This document shows positions 13,901-27,600 of a stretch of 64,000 bases of DNA, in pieces. A program made the position numbers and the translations under genes. Position 1 is the stretch's first letter. Every line of letters begins with the position of its first letter. The notes under the pieces are model-generated. The model was not told the DNA's origin. It worked only from the letters and a program-made list of their open reading frames with translations, and did no database searches. The DNA comes from Eledone cirrhosa (Eukaryota), in the NCBI GenBank assembly GCA_964016885.1, contig OZ024741.1, positions 172,546,001-172,610,000 on the forward strand. The letters run 5' to 3'.

Positions 13901-14563
13901 CTGTCTTGTTTATTTCCTTATGTGCGTAAGTAATTGAATAAGGAACAGTAATTTACAATCTTGTTTCCGTATGGTTACAAGATAAATTAAAAGAGAGAGA
14001 CTAACTGTCATAGACAACTGTGATTTTAGCAGACAGATTCAAGAAGTTGTGTAAATAACATGGACTTTTGCCAGTGTTATGATGCAGTTACACGTGTAAA
14101 AAGTATCACTAGCAGATTCTTCCGAAAATGCTTTAACCTTATGACACACTTTACAGAAATTCGGATGTACAGAGATGTTGCAAATCTCCGGTTTCATATA
14201 CGGTCGTTTATAGAAGAGATGAAGATAGCAAAAGCCTTCTGCTACATGATGCAATTGGATTTCTGGTGGTCAGCATTGTCCGTGTGATTCCACTAATAAG
14301 GTTAACCAAAAGAAAATGGAGTGTAAGAAAAGTTGTTGACATTGGAGAGACCACTCTGAACGGGTTGCACTGGGACGGACACGAAATAGATTTCCCACTT
14401 GATTAATAATATAAATGAATAATATAAATGTAACAAGAGCTAATAAATAGAATCAAACTTTAGATCTCATGACGGCGTCACTGCTTTGATGGACAGCGTC
14501 TTGCCTATCAGACATACTCTTAGGATTAAATTAAACAAAAAACACATAAATAGAAACACAGGC

Positions 14564-14641
<78 letters not shown>

Positions 14642-14915
14642 TTTCGCGTGCGCTCCGCAGTCATATGTCTCCTTAGCGAACAAGCATGACAAAATATGTG
14701 TCAAAACGGAAATTTTGGTAACCAATCTGACGTGCTTCCAAGATTCCTGTCTACTCAATCTCAACTACAAAAGTTTAGATCGACCTCCGGTTATAGTAAA
14801 AGACGCTTACCAAGTCTGTCAGACAATGGAATCGAGTTCTCATGATTTTGAAGCAAACCTCTCAACCACTTAGCCTTGCTTGCATTCATAAATATCTCGT
14901 CTGTCTGTGTGACAG

Positions 14916-15111
14916 CAGACCTGCCAACCTCTAAAAACCCAAACGGGGAGTGCCATAGAAGGATGTGTCCCAAAACGTGGAGAAATAAGGCAAAATGGGG
15001 AGATTTTTACATAATGAAAGCCATACCCATTTTCACAAGAGAAGACATCTCTCACGCACCCCAAAAGCTATTGCAAATCTCCCGGTCTAAAGAGGAAAGT
15101 TGACAGGTCTG
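14916..15111. mobile_element. MITE with CAGACCTG(C/T)CAAC TIRs
   Basis: TIRs CAGACCTGCCAAC / GTTGACAGGTCTG. Second copy at 52327-52520 and a fragment near 63730. Confidence 0.8.
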
Positions 15112-15124
15112 TAATAGAGGCATC

Positions 15125-16099
15125 ATTGCATGGTTTGTCGTACCTTTTATTCTAAGGTTGAATTGCTATTTTTAGAAGATCATATATTTCCAGTAATTTC
15201 ACTGATTGTTCTTAACAACGATGTAGTTAATCACAAGTCAACCCAATTAAGTCAACCACACATATACACACGATACATATATACTTTTTTTCCGTTCAGT
15301 CGGGCTTATCTGCCTCGTTATTATTAAACTATTATATTTAGTCAAATTTACAGCCAAAGTCTTCTAATTCAATTTTCGAATTCCGCTCGCCGTTTTTCTA
15401 AACACATTTGCTTTCTATATTTATATATCCCAAACAAGGGAACTTTATTATCTATATTTCTGATTATATATGTATATACATTCCTGGTGATTTCATAGGA
15501 ATGAAACTGTTCTAGTCTTGTAGGAGTCATTTCTATATAAAATTTTAAAATGCATATACTCTACCAATGTACTGATTAACTTTTCAACTGTCATTACCCC
15601 AACACATTTTGGGAAATTATATATATATATATATATAAAGTATGTCCATAGAATCATTTGATAATATATATACACCATTTCCTCTCCCAATTAGCATAAT
15701 TAACCACACTAAAAAAAAAATTAGACCAGGCTATAAGATTAAAAGGCACCTATGAAGAAATAGTAGATAAATAAATGACAGCCATCTCTTCGCGACCAAC
15801 CGCCATAGAATATTTACACAACATTTCAACAGCACGTAACAGCACGTAGAAATCGATTAAATATACCGTCAACCATACACAATTAGGTATAAAATTAAAG
15901 TTAGAAGAAAAAATGCAGAATTACCTTTCTACCCTATGGTTTCGTTCGCTTTCTGAAATATCCTATTAAGGATACAATCTAGAGTTTCGAACTCATCAGG
16001 AAACAAACTCATTTGGACAAAGGATTTTCTTAAGTGATATCCGCCAGAAACGAATTCAAAATGGCTAAGAACTGTGACGTGGCAGTGGTCAATATAATA

Positions 16100-16145
<46 letters not shown>

Positions 16146-17037
16146 TTTATTTATTTATTTATTTATTTAGGTTGGTTGAGGGCGACCGACTAAAGTAGAA
16201 GATGCTAGATGGTCGGTTGTCCTCTTGTCTATGATTTTCAGCCCCATGGATTTTATCTGTTATATTCCTTTGTTATATTTCGAATACCTGATGATATCAC
16301 CGGATTCATACGGAACCCGGTCATTGAAATGATCATAGTATAATAAACCTTTCAAGGATTTACACAAGTCCAGCCTCCTATTATTTTATTATAATTATAT
16401 ATATATATAGGCCCGCAAGGACTATCCATTTATTTTTGAGACTCGAAACCGTTCGGTAAAGGTAACCATAGCAGGTACAGTGAATCTTTTAAAATTTATT
16501 TTAAAACTTTTTCTTATTTGCTAAACCTTGATTATATATGTTCTGGCTTGTTAATTTATTAACCTGCCATAGAACCACATTGGCATACGGTTGGATAATA
16601 CATGTGTCCCTATATGTATTTTGCATGTAGGGACATATACTTTATTATTATTAATCTCCCCCTGGTCGAGATAACATTTGGTCGTTTTGACTGCTGTTAT
16701 TTATAGCGGTAGTAGATTGACCTCTCCGCCTCTGCCTTCTATCTTTACACACGGCACTGGACAGAATTGCTTCCACATCATTCATTCTCATCTCGGGGAC
16801 AATTTTGAATAGCACCAGTTCGTAATTCGAACTCGGAAATTTTATATTCTCCGAGTGAAAAGAACCTTCTGACGAGTGAAAAGAACCTTCTGACGAGAGT
16901 TTTTCTTTTCAGTGGAGGCCCGCAAGGACTATCCATTTATTTTTAAGACTCGAAACCGTTCGGTAAAGGTAACCAAAGCAGGTACAGTGAGTTTTTCAAC
17001 ATTTCTTTTAAAACTTTTTCTTATTTGCTAAAACTTG

Positions 17038-17041
<4 letters not shown>
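15125..17041 (+). repeat. Segmental duplication, copy 2 of 1-1998 (includes HHRs at 15925-16004 minus, 16284-16341 plus, 16885-16970 plus)
   Basis: Direct alignment to the window start. Confidence 0.95.
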
Positions 17042-17075
<34 letters not shown>

Positions 17076-17076
<1 letters not shown>

Positions 17077-17693
17077 CACCAAGTGGTGTCAGGTCACCAC
17101 TTGATGCTACTGGTAACATGTATCCCAGTACAACCTGTCTCATGGTCGGGTCGTTGGCGACTAAACTGGCAACCCCACCAAGGTTTCTTGGTGAGGAGGG
17201 TGACTTTGGACATCCTGCAGGACTAAAAACAAAACCTGTCGAAGGGCAAAGGAGCTCTTAAGAGTCAATGGCCATCCAAAATCACTGGGAGAGATGACCC
17301 CTTAGCCTTTGTCAAGGCAGAATTCTAAGAGAAGGAAAACTCTGATATAACACCTGCAACCCTGATGGTATCCAATGATGTTGACTTGTTCTTCTTTTTG
17401 GTAAATATCATCTTGGTTAAGAGAGTGGGACTGGCTTTGTGCAGTGCCTTTGCTCACTATAAAAGCTTCACAGCACAGGCATTGCTTTATATCTGGAGAT
17501 CTCTCTGCACTTATCGTCACATGGTACCATGGGCCCAGCACTATGTGTCAATAATTGTCACAAGTGTAGTGTTTGTACCAGAGTTTTCAAGTCGCTGGCT
17601 GGACTAAAAAGTCACAGTCGTTCAGCGCATCGGTAGGGGTTCTCCTACATGGATATAAAGTAGTGGCCGTACTCGAAAACGAGTTGGCAGCCA

Positions 17694-17696
<3 letters not shown>
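17076..17696 (+). mobile_element. Non-autonomous RTE-derived element (most complete copy)
   Basis: Structured 5' part. The 3' part encodes the C2H2 remnant [23 protein letters not shown] (17565-17636), like the RTE C-terminus at 55400-55724. Ends in hairpin CTCGAAAACGAG-TTGGCAGCCACC followed by (AT)n. Confidence 0.75.
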
Positions 17697-17762
<66 letters not shown>

Positions 17763-18313
17763 GGAGGTGAGTTTTATTGTAGTACAATAAAGCAATGCAG
17801 ATATCGGATAAGAAGCACTCTACAGTTTGTGGGACTGGAGTATGCATAATATAAGATCAAAAGATGGTTAAAGGAGTTCAATATATTTTATTATGCGCAT
17901 TTCAAAAACAAACATCATCAAACAATAATATTTGTGTTTTCATCAGATAAAACAGGAGAACATGATATGAAGGCTTTTCACCCCCACCCCTCCCTAAATA
18001 TAATATATTTTTTCCTCGCACATATCCTCCCTTCGTTAATTTTCAAAAATTTTTAATTTATACAGTATCTTCCAACGGCTTTCAACCCCTCTATATAAAA
18101 TATATCTCCTCTCTGTTATAAAAACTATCTCTTTCTCTCTATCACCCATCTCTCCCTCTCATCTCCTTCCCTTTTCATCCTTTTCTCTCCCCCCCTCTCT
18201 AAATAAAATATTTTTCCCAATATCACACATCAATCTAAAACCACTTTTCATATGTTGATTTAAAACTGCACTATCAACAAGTGTTTTTTTAGCCTTCATA
18301 TCATGTTCTCCTG

Positions 18314-18380
18314 TTTTATCTGATGAAAACACAAATATTATTGTTTGATGATGTTTGTTTTTGAAATGCGCATAATAAAA
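18314..18380 (+). ncRNA. Minimal hammerhead (family D), 5' pLTR
   Basis: TTTTAT-CTGATGA...GAAA-TGCGCA-TA-ATAAAA. Confidence 0.85.
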
Positions 18381-18586
18381 TATATTGAACTCCTTTAACC
18401 ATCTTTTGATCTTATATTATGCATACTCCAGTCCCACAAACTGTAGAGTGCTTCTTATCCGATATCTGCATTGCTTTATTGTACTACAATAAAACTCACC
18501 TCCTACATTTACTTGCTCCTTAACGGTTGAGCGCTTACTCTCATATTGGATACCTTTTGATGGTCCTTCACCTCTTCTTCTACAAC

Positions 18587-20989
18587 ATGGATTATTACAA
18601 CATAACCAATTCTACTAAAGACATTCCTATACCTGGTAAATCTGAATTCACCAAACTTCTTATTGAAAAAACTGACTCCTTCGTAAGAAGACTTAGATGG
18701 ACAGCCTATTTCTATGACCAGCGCCTAAAAGGGATCTTTCATACCAAAGAACACAACTTCCTCGATCATCTTTTTAATTCCAGACGAAATCCTCCTTCCA
18801 ACAAAAATCTAGCACAATTCGAGGAAGAATTAACTAAAATTATAAAAAATCTTAAATTCAAGAGATACCCTTACAAAGGACAAGAGCACCTTGTAAATCT
18901 CAAGAACACAATCTCTAACCTAAATTCCTCAAAAAATGTTTTAGTCCACTCTGACAAAACCAATAACCTATATGGTATTTCCAAGGATAATTATAACAAC
19001 CTTATCCTAAAGGAACTTAGGAAAAAGTATCGTAAAACCAACCATGAAAATTTAGAATGCATAAACCTTGAAGCCTATGAGATTATGTCAAAACTTGGCA
19101 TTGAAAAAAAGACCGAACCATTCCTCCCAAGAACTCCGAGGATAAATCTCAAGGATCACAAAAACAATTTTCGCACTGAACTACCTGTTAGATTAATCGC
19201 CCCCTCTAAATCTGATCTGGGGGTTGTTAGTAAAGCCATCTTGGATAGGATTATCCCACAGGTTAGTTCTAATTGCTCTTCTTTAAACCTAAATTTATGG
19301 TTTGGTACTTCTGAAGTGATTGGCTGGTTCAACAAATTGGATAATAAAAACAAACTAAAATTTATTCAATTCGATATTGCCAGCTACTATTCCTCCATTT
19401 CGCCTTCACTTCTCAATAATGCTCTATCTTTCGCACTTAAATATTCTGACATCACCACAGATGAACTTCACATCATCCTCACCGCACGTAAAACCATCCT
19501 AGAGTTCAACAACGAATATTGGACCAGAGCCGATACCTCTAACAACTTCGACATCACAATGGGAGCATCCGATTCATCCCAATTGACTGATTTAATTGGT
19601 ATCTTCATTTTGAACTCTTTGAGTCGGAAAATTCCTCAACTTCGCGGTGGAATTTATCGTGACGATGGACTCTTTACTATCCTAAATTGCAATATAGTTA
19701 AACTTAATATTATTAAGAACAATATACGTAATCTCTTTAACCAACATAACCTAAAAATTGAATTTGATAATAGTACCAAACTAGCTAATTTCTTGGATGT
19801 ATCTCTTAATCTTGACACTGGCCTATATTACCCTTACCATAAAAACAATGAGAATCTTAATTATGTTAACTTTAAATCTAACCATCCTACCAATATCAAG
19901 AATGCTATAGTTAATAATATTGGAAATAGAATATCTAACATATCTTCTAATAAAAACATCTTTGATGCTAACGCCAATTACTATAATAACGCACTTTCTA
20001 AAGCTGGCTATCCAGATAAAATCAAATATAATAAAGAAACAAATTCTAGGAAAACTTACAGTAGAATATTTAATCATAACCATTCCAATAATTTTAATAA
20101 AAGACCTAGATACAAAAACATAATCTGGTATAATGCTCCTTTCTCCATCTCTATTAATAACAATATTCCTAAATTATTTTTTAGTGCCTTAAATAAATGT
20201 TTCCCTCCCTCACATATCTATAGTAAAATATTTAACAAACACACCATTAAATTTTCGTATTCTACATCCTCCAATATTTCCAACATCATTTCTAAACACA
20301 ACAACAAAATATTAAATACTAAATCTCTTCCTTCCAATATTGAATCTCATAATAACAATAATAGTACTCCTGACGTCATTGTAAACCCTAGGCTAACTTC
20401 TGTAAACCCAATTGCAACGTAAAACACAACTTCGCTAAATGTTCATAATCCAACTCTAAATCAAGAAACTATTATTCCTATTATTCCTATCGCAAACAAC
20501 TTCTCCAATCCAATTCCTTCTATAGATAACACTAGATCACTCATTAATAATCTCTCTAATTGCAACTGCCGCATTAAAAATAAATGTCCTCTCAACAACC
20601 ATTGCCTCGATAAAAACTTAATTTATGAATGTAAAATTATAACTAGCACCAACTCCTTCACCTATTTTGGCTCCACTTCCACCTCTTTTAAAGCTCGTCT
20701 CTATAATCATCATTCATCTTTCAAATACAAACTTAAAAGAACTAACACTGCTCTCTCAGAACTCATATGGTCCTTAAAAGACAAAAACATTAAATATAAC
20801 ATCTTTTGGAAAAAGATTTCTTCTGCATCCTCGTACTTGAACAGTTCTCTATCTAAAATCTGTAATCTCTGCCTAAATGAAAAATTTACCATTATCTCTA
20901 ACCTAGAATCCATAATAAATAGACGCTCGGATTTGTTTTCCATCTGCCTCCATAAATTCCATAGAACTTTTCACAAAGTATACAGTTAA
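18587..20989 (+). pseudogene. PLE RT + GIY-YIG endonuclease ORF (about 800 aa) interrupted by a single in-frame TAA at 20420-20422
   Basis: RT motifs QFDIASYYSSI, FDITMGASDSSQLTDLIG, IYRDDG, NFLDV. The same frame continues after the stop with CNCRIKNKCPLNNHC, LIYECKI..TYFGST, RLYNHHSSF, CNLCLNEK. The paralog near 3579 has TCA at this codon. Confidence 0.9.
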
Positions 20990-22222
20990 TATTCAATTCT
21001 TTATCAATTTAGAATCTTTTCTCAAAGGCACATATACATACACCTCTTTAAAATATACCCATCTACCTTACTTTAAAGGGCATTATACACTCTATAGTAC
21101 TCGTTTATTCATTTACCTCATCCTATCTTCTCGTAAAACAATAACATTTGTTTTTGACATTTTGAATATTCATCCGCAATCATTATTATTTTTTTCCCTC
21201 TATCATAAATCTTTTTAATCTCAATTTCATCCTTAATTTATTATTATATATTTTTTTAATATATACTCATATATTCTTTAAAATATACCCATCTACCTTA
21301 CTTTAAAGGGCATTATACACTCTATAATACCCGTTTACTCATCACCCTCATTATATCTCTTCGTAAAACAATAACATTTGTTTTTGACATTTTGAGTATT
21401 CATCCGCAATCATTATTATTTTTTCTCTCTATCATAAATCTTTTTAATCTCAATTTCATCCTTAATTTATTATTATTTTTTTCTCCCCATCAACGAACTC
21501 ATTATTAATACATATGAATTCAATATAAAAACTTTAACTTCACATTATTTTTCTCAAATCCTATACATAAACATTTTCTCTTTACTAATTTTAAGATTCC
21601 TACATTTCTCCTTTTGAATATTCACCCACAATTATTATTTTTTTTTCTCTCTATCTCCATACATAATCTCCCTTCGTTATTTTTTTTCTCTCTATCTCCA
21701 TACATAATTTCCCTTCGTTAATTTTCAAATTCCTTTAATTTATACATTATCTTCCAACGGTTCCCAACCTCTCTATATTAAAACATTATATCTTTTTCTC
21801 AGTTATAAAAACTATCTCTTTCTCTCTATCACCCATCTCTCCCTTTCCACCTTCACTCTCATCTCCTCCCCTTTTTTTCATCCTTTCCACCCCCACCCCT
21901 CCCTAAATATAATATATTTTTTCCTCGCACATATCCTCCCTTCGTTAATTTTCAAAAATTTTTAATTTATACAGTATCTTCCAACGGCTTTCAACCCCTC
22001 TATATAAAATATATCTCCTCTCTGTTATAAAAACTATCTCTTTCTCTCTATCACCCATCTCTCCCTCTCATCTCCTTCCCTTTTCATCCTTTTCTCTCCC
22101 CCCCTCTCTAAATAAAATATTTTTCCCAATATCACACATCAATCTAAAACCACTTTTCATATGTTGATTTAAAACTGCACTATCAACAAGTGTTTTTTTA
22201 GCCTTCATATCATGTTCTCCTG

Positions 22223-22289
22223 TTTTATCTGATGAAAACACAAATATTATTGTTTGATGATGTTTGTTTTTGAAATGCGCATAATAAAA
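22223..22289 (+). ncRNA. Minimal hammerhead (family D), 3' pLTR
   Basis: Identical to 18314-18380. Confidence 0.85.
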
Positions 22290-22321
22290 TATATTGAACT
22301 CCTTTAACCATCTTTTGATCT

Positions 22322-22364
<43 letters not shown>

Positions 22365-23869
22365 GTAGAGAGGGTATGTTGTTTTATTAAATTGTAACAA
22401 TTTTGTTTCTTTTGGTCAAGAAAATGTCGGAGAGAAGGTAGTAATTGAGTTACTTGTTTCCTTATATAGATAGGAAACTGACACTAGTATGAGTGATTGA
22501 AAAACAGGTTTATGTAATAAAATGACTCTCAAAGAAGTGGAACGGAGAAATTCGAAGGGCAAGAGAATTATTTACGTTAGAAAATGAGACCAGAAAGAAA
22601 TAGGTTTCAGTCGTTACTTATCCATTCATCATAAAGGGAGCAGAGGTGTTAACATTGGAAGATTATAAAACAAATACATAGCCTACACTATTTATTTATC
22701 ACAAATATTAAGGGGAAAGGCATCAATAAATATTGATTTCTAATGTTAGTACTCGGGGAGATAAAAGGCACAGTTAACCTCCACGTGATTTGAACTCATC
22801 TATCACATAATATTAATAATAAATAAATGAATGAATGTGTTGTAGTCACGAATACCCTTATCTATATCATAAACCATTTTACTAGCTGGTGATGACTAAA
22901 ATACGCTAAGATTACTTTATGGTCTACTAAACATCGAGGTGGTTGATAAACCTGAATGAGTTCAGTTGGGGGAGAATGAAGAGAAGAGGAGACTAAAGTA
23001 GTAGCGATTAACAGAAATTGAGGAGAAAAGATATTCTGTGGGTTAGGTAAATACCCATTCGTGCATATACACAAATATCTACATTCATGCAGATACATAC
23101 ATACATAATTGAAACATCTATCTAAATGTGTAGTTAAAAACGTGAAAATCTATATACAAACATTCATAAAGTCTTTGTAAGCAACGTTTACTGCTTATCG
23201 GAACTAGCAAGTAGCTTACAAATCTCTTCTCAAGCTCATCCGATTAATCCACCTTTCGACCCCCTGCCTGATATCCTTATATTGCCTTGTCTTTCGGAAT
23301 CCTGTAAAGAAATACTTCTTCCCAAGAACGGCAACTCTCTGGAAGTATTTCACCTTCTGCTTACAGTTGCCTTACAAATACCAGTCTACACATATATGTT
23401 TAAAATGTTACCATCAAGGCAATCAATTTTACCAGTCTGTTAGAGAGATCAAATCAGCAAATATAAGTCCTACATATGACGAATAGGCACATTCACTAGA
23501 AAAGCGGATAAAATATCTTGTATTTGTTCCAGCTTGCTATGCTCTGAATACAAATCACGTCGAAGTCAACTTTGCTTTCTATCATTTGGGGTCAAATCTC
23601 CTGCCTCTACCTTTCTCTCTTTTTTTCTTTATCTTGTCTGTGTAATCCTATGTATCTATATTCATGTCATACTATTTTTTTTCATTTCACACACAGTCGT
23701 GGAGTTGTCACTATTTTATTCCTGTTTCTATCTTTTTAATCGAACATGTGAGACACGTTCTTCATTGTCGTTACTAGGTCCACTAATAGAATAGTGATTT
23801 TCGTGTTGTTTGAAATTGCTGAGCTCCGGTGCATCAGATATTTGGAAACCTTGGTTTTAATGTAATCCA

Positions 23870-24110
23870 AATGGAGGATTTGTACTTACTGTTACTAGTT
23901 TCCAGCCAGAGTTGTCTCTAAGTCAGTGGGTGGGATTTTGGTTGGGTAGTCTATGGTTATCTTAATACTCTTATGGATGAAAATGTATATTTTTGGAGTG
24001 TTCTCCATGGTGAGCACCTCAAATGTGTGAGTGTTATCTTGTGGGAGAGCCCTCATAACTATATTGATGTCATCAATGTAGCGGGAGTACACAATCAGGG
24101 TTATGAATTT
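23870..24110 (-). mobile_element. Old Nematis-like PLE RT fragment
   Basis: YSRYIDDINIV...IHKSIKITIDYP aligns with YSRYVDDINIV...IHQSITVTIDYP of ORF 44786. Confidence 0.75.
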
Positions 24111-24256
24111 CTCTGCTAAGCGTTCTTTAAATCTCCTGTCCCACTATACCATAAAGAGATGATCACGCTGTGAGCGATGCCGACTCCGATCGCTGCCCTT
24201 TGAAAGGCACGTAGCTTAGTGGTTAGAGTATTCGGCTTGTGATCGTAAGGTCGTTG

Positions 24257-24312
<56 letters not shown>

Positions 24313-24432
24313 CACACGCGCGCGCGCGCGCGTGAAATGCAGTAAATAACTATATAAGTGACCCTTGCAACAACACACAAAATATATGAGAGGTGATGTG
24401 ATATGATAAAAAAAAAATTGCAAATGCTCACA

Positions 24433-24468
24433 GAATGATGATAATGATGATGACTATGATGTTCATGT

Positions 24469-24507
<39 letters not shown>

Positions 24508-24900
24508 GGAGGAGGAGGAGGAGGAGGGGGAGGAGGAGGAGGAGGATGGCGGTGGTGGTAGTGGTGTTAGTGGAAGTGGTTGTGGTAGCGACAGTGGCGG
24601 CGGCGGCGGCAGCGGTTGTAATGGTGATGATAATGTTCCTGGTTATGATGATAATGATGATGATGATGATGAGGATAATGATGATCATGATGATCGTAGT
24701 GATGATACTGATGATGGTGAGCATGATGTTGGTGTGGATTAGCAGAGTTACATTGGTTGTATTGGTGGTGATATTAAATCTTCATCTTCCTTGTTGTATA
24801 AGTGATATGGCGACTATGGTTTTGCTGATGTTAGGCGTTGCCTGCAGGATGTAAACAAGGTGAGAGTTATTTTTGTTGTAAATGTTGTTGTTATTGCTGT
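24433..24900. repeat. Compound trinucleotide low-complexity tract (GAT/GGA/GGT/GGC/GTT)
   Basis: Direct inspection. Confidence 0.9.
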
Positions 24901-26174
24901 TGCCGTGCTAATCCCGTTCGGAAACCGCCTGCTGGTAAAGATATATATAATTCTAAACAAACACAATAGAATCTATTTTAAGGGACCGCATGTAGCCTAA
25001 ACGTATAGCCAGAGAGATAAACAAACAAGTATCTCTGCTGATGTTTTTCCGACTATCTGGTTAGCATATTGTTTAAAAAAAAGAGCATTGAAAATGGCGG
25101 GGAAGAATCAGGGGTTCGAGATGCTGTTTGAAGGATAGTGATCTGATAGGTAAGTTGGCTGGCAGGCAGGCATGTAGGTAATTAGGCATAACAGGTGTTA
25201 CGTTGCACGTGATAATGTAAACATGTTCCTGCTTCCTGTATACATATACATATACTGTATACATATACTGTATACATATACTGTATACATATACTGTATA
25301 CATATACTGCATTAATAAATTGCTCCGAAGAATCCAAACCTCGGTTTGGAGGAAACAGCTGTAAGCACAATAATGTTTTGAACAGTTCTTTGATTCTTAT
25401 ATCTCATATAACTGCTCTGTAAATCATCTGATGTTTTTACATTGAGCTACTTAACTTACTGGTAATAAGGTAGTAATACATTACTGCCTACCACTATTTA
25501 GGGTGTGTGTAAAATACTTACAACTGCTTAAGGTTTTGTGTTTACATAACCATAAATAGTATAACTAATACTACATATACATATATATATTTACGCGGAA
25601 ATAAATGGAAAAAAAAAATTTGCAGTATTCCTTCCGGCTCTCTACGGTCTGGGTTCAAATCTAGCCACGCTCAAATTTGCTTTTCATCATTTCGCGGTAG
25701 ATGAATAAAATATTAATCAATTCTGCTTCATTCGCTCTCATACATCTTTTTTTCTTTTTCCCTTTGAAAGTAATTGGTTTCATTCAGATGAAGAGATTGG
25801 TGGGCTCCACCAGCGAGGTGTCGTACAAAACGTCAGCCTTGCCTGTGAAAAGCAGGTCAGTCCCTCAAAACTCTTGTCAAGCTTAAATCTCGATCTAATC
25901 TAATCTAATCTGGCCGAGTTTACTCTCGCAAATAGGAAGAACCAGGGCCGCCCCTATGAGCATTGGATTTGGTGTACTTCAAATTTGTTTCGGTTGCTGA
26001 ATACAATCAGGGTTCGCTGCTTCTCCTGGTGGTCAATAGTTCTCTTCTAACTCGAGCGGGAGTCAATTTGCATTGATCATCTGCAAAGCAGCATTGTTCT
26101 CAGAACCACTACACCAGTTTTTCAATGCGTGCAACTGGAACTACTGCCACCCATTGATTTGGAAGGATCGCAAC

Positions 26175-26295
26175 TCATTTGTACAGCTGAGGAAACTGGA
26201 GCAACGTGAAATAAAGTGTCTTGCTCAAGGACACAACACATCACGCGGTCCGAGAGTCGAACTCACAACCTAACCACTAAGTCATGCGCCTTCAC
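26175..26295 (-). mobile_element. SINE family 2 fragment
   Basis: CTGGAGCAACGTGAAATAAAGTGTCTTGCTCAAGGACACAAC...CGAACTC matches 6545-6605. Confidence 0.7.
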
Positions 26296-26394
26296 GAACA
26301 AAATGTAATAATCGGTGAAAATAAAGACAATTGGGAATTTACTGGAGCTAATGTGAAGCGGGTCTTTCACTTCAGACATCAATAAAAACAATAA

Positions 26395-26585
26395 TAATTG
26401 TTTCTACGTTTGGCACAAGGCCAGCAATTACTCAGTGCATTGCTGGTACTTTATTTTATCGACCCCGTAAGGATGACAGGCAAAGTTAACCTCGGCGGGA
26501 TTTGAACTCAGAATGGCAAGGGCCGTAACTCTATGCGTCAAAGCATGGCGTCCGACCCTCTACCGATACTGCGAATCCACCACCA
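26395..26585 (-). mobile_element. SINE family 1
   Basis: Reverse complement of the 10198-10390 family. Confidence 0.85.
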
Positions 26586-26619
26586 TCAATAAAAACAATA
26601 ATAATAATTACTATATTGG

Positions 26620-27600
26620 TTACAAGGGCCGGCCTATAGGGGTCAATACAAAAATGGGAACCGTAGCGGTTTACAAAAGCATCGAGTAAAAGAAGAGATA
26701 GAATAAAAAATTATAACAATAAAACTCCTCAATAAAGGGATTACCACTCAGGGTATCTCTGGAACGTCATTAATCCTTAACCACCCTACACCCCAAAAGC
26801 ATACTATGAGGGTGCCTATCTCCTCTCAAAACTAGCCAGCCAACATGTGCACGGTCAGAATAGACCCATTCATACCGGTCACCTTCGCTACATTCACCCA
26901 CCTTTATACAAATGTACTGAGTGGCAGCACTTCCCTCTTCACCTTCATCATCCTTTCCAGGAGGAACTTGAAAACATTAATGGGAGATTGGTCGAAGTGG
27001 AAAATGTCTGTCTTCAGTCCTTTCAGCCGCGTCCATCACACATCTTTCGCCAGACAGAGAAAAACTGTCTGCTCTTCCTGGCCAAAAGAAGGCGGCGGGG
27101 CGATCTTCACGATTGACTCGGTCGATAGCCGGATCCGTCCTACACGTGATAACAGCTGTTTGACAAAATTTCACACGTCAGTAATGCACGGACACTAGAC
27201 GTGTGTGTGCAGAGCGGTTTCCTTGTTCAGTTGCGTCATAGACATGTCCGTCTGACCACACTTCCGTGCCTGTAGAGTTTATTTCGAACCGGCAGTGCTA
27301 GAGCTTTCTGGAAGTTGTCCATAGTCTCTGGCTCGTAGACGGGACCGACCGAAGACGGCTGCTTTGAGGACATCATCCAGGTATCGATAATCAAAAGCTC
27401 TAGATTGATCTACATTGATCAGAGCCCCACCGAAGCCAGGTTTACTTACTACCCTCTCTATGATGAATTGCTTGGAATAGAGGTTATCGTATATGAACCT
27501 GATAGAGATTGCGCACTTCTGCGCCTCACTTGATGACTAGCGCCAATCTGGTTGATAGCACCTTCACCAAAATCTTAAAACCTGCGTTTAGCTGAGTCAT
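26620..27600 (-). mobile_element. Decayed, internally deleted Tx1/L1-clade LINE
   Basis: Minus translation LNAGFKILVKVLSTRLA and GGALINVDQSRAFDYRYL (L1/Tx1 RT). The 3' part is homologous to 47524-48100. Confidence 0.75.

Larger units (their letters stand above)
17758..22328 (+). mobile_element. Full-length Hydra-like Penelope-like retroelement (inverted pLTR, direct pLTR, ORF, pLTR) in (TA)n
   Basis: 17758-17975 is inverted relative to about 18290-18508. 17976-18419 repeats directly at about 21883-22328. HHRs at 17886-17952 (minus), 18314-18380 and 22223-22289. Clade assignment is from recalled motif patterns. Confidence 0.92.

Noticed and set aside
18527-20422. Bacterial retron, group II intron or DGR reverse transcriptase
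   Set aside because: The context is eukaryotic, and the pLTRs, hammerheads and C-terminal GIY-YIG identify a Penelope-like element.
23230-23390. Possible CR1/L2 3' end (also 25073-25180 minus)
   Set aside because: Only a faint FFPRT..LW or SFF resemblance; too degraded to call.
24428-24854. Poly-Met/Arg/Ala and poly-Ile ORFs
   Set aside because: Compound trinucleotide microsatellite with no splice or domain support.
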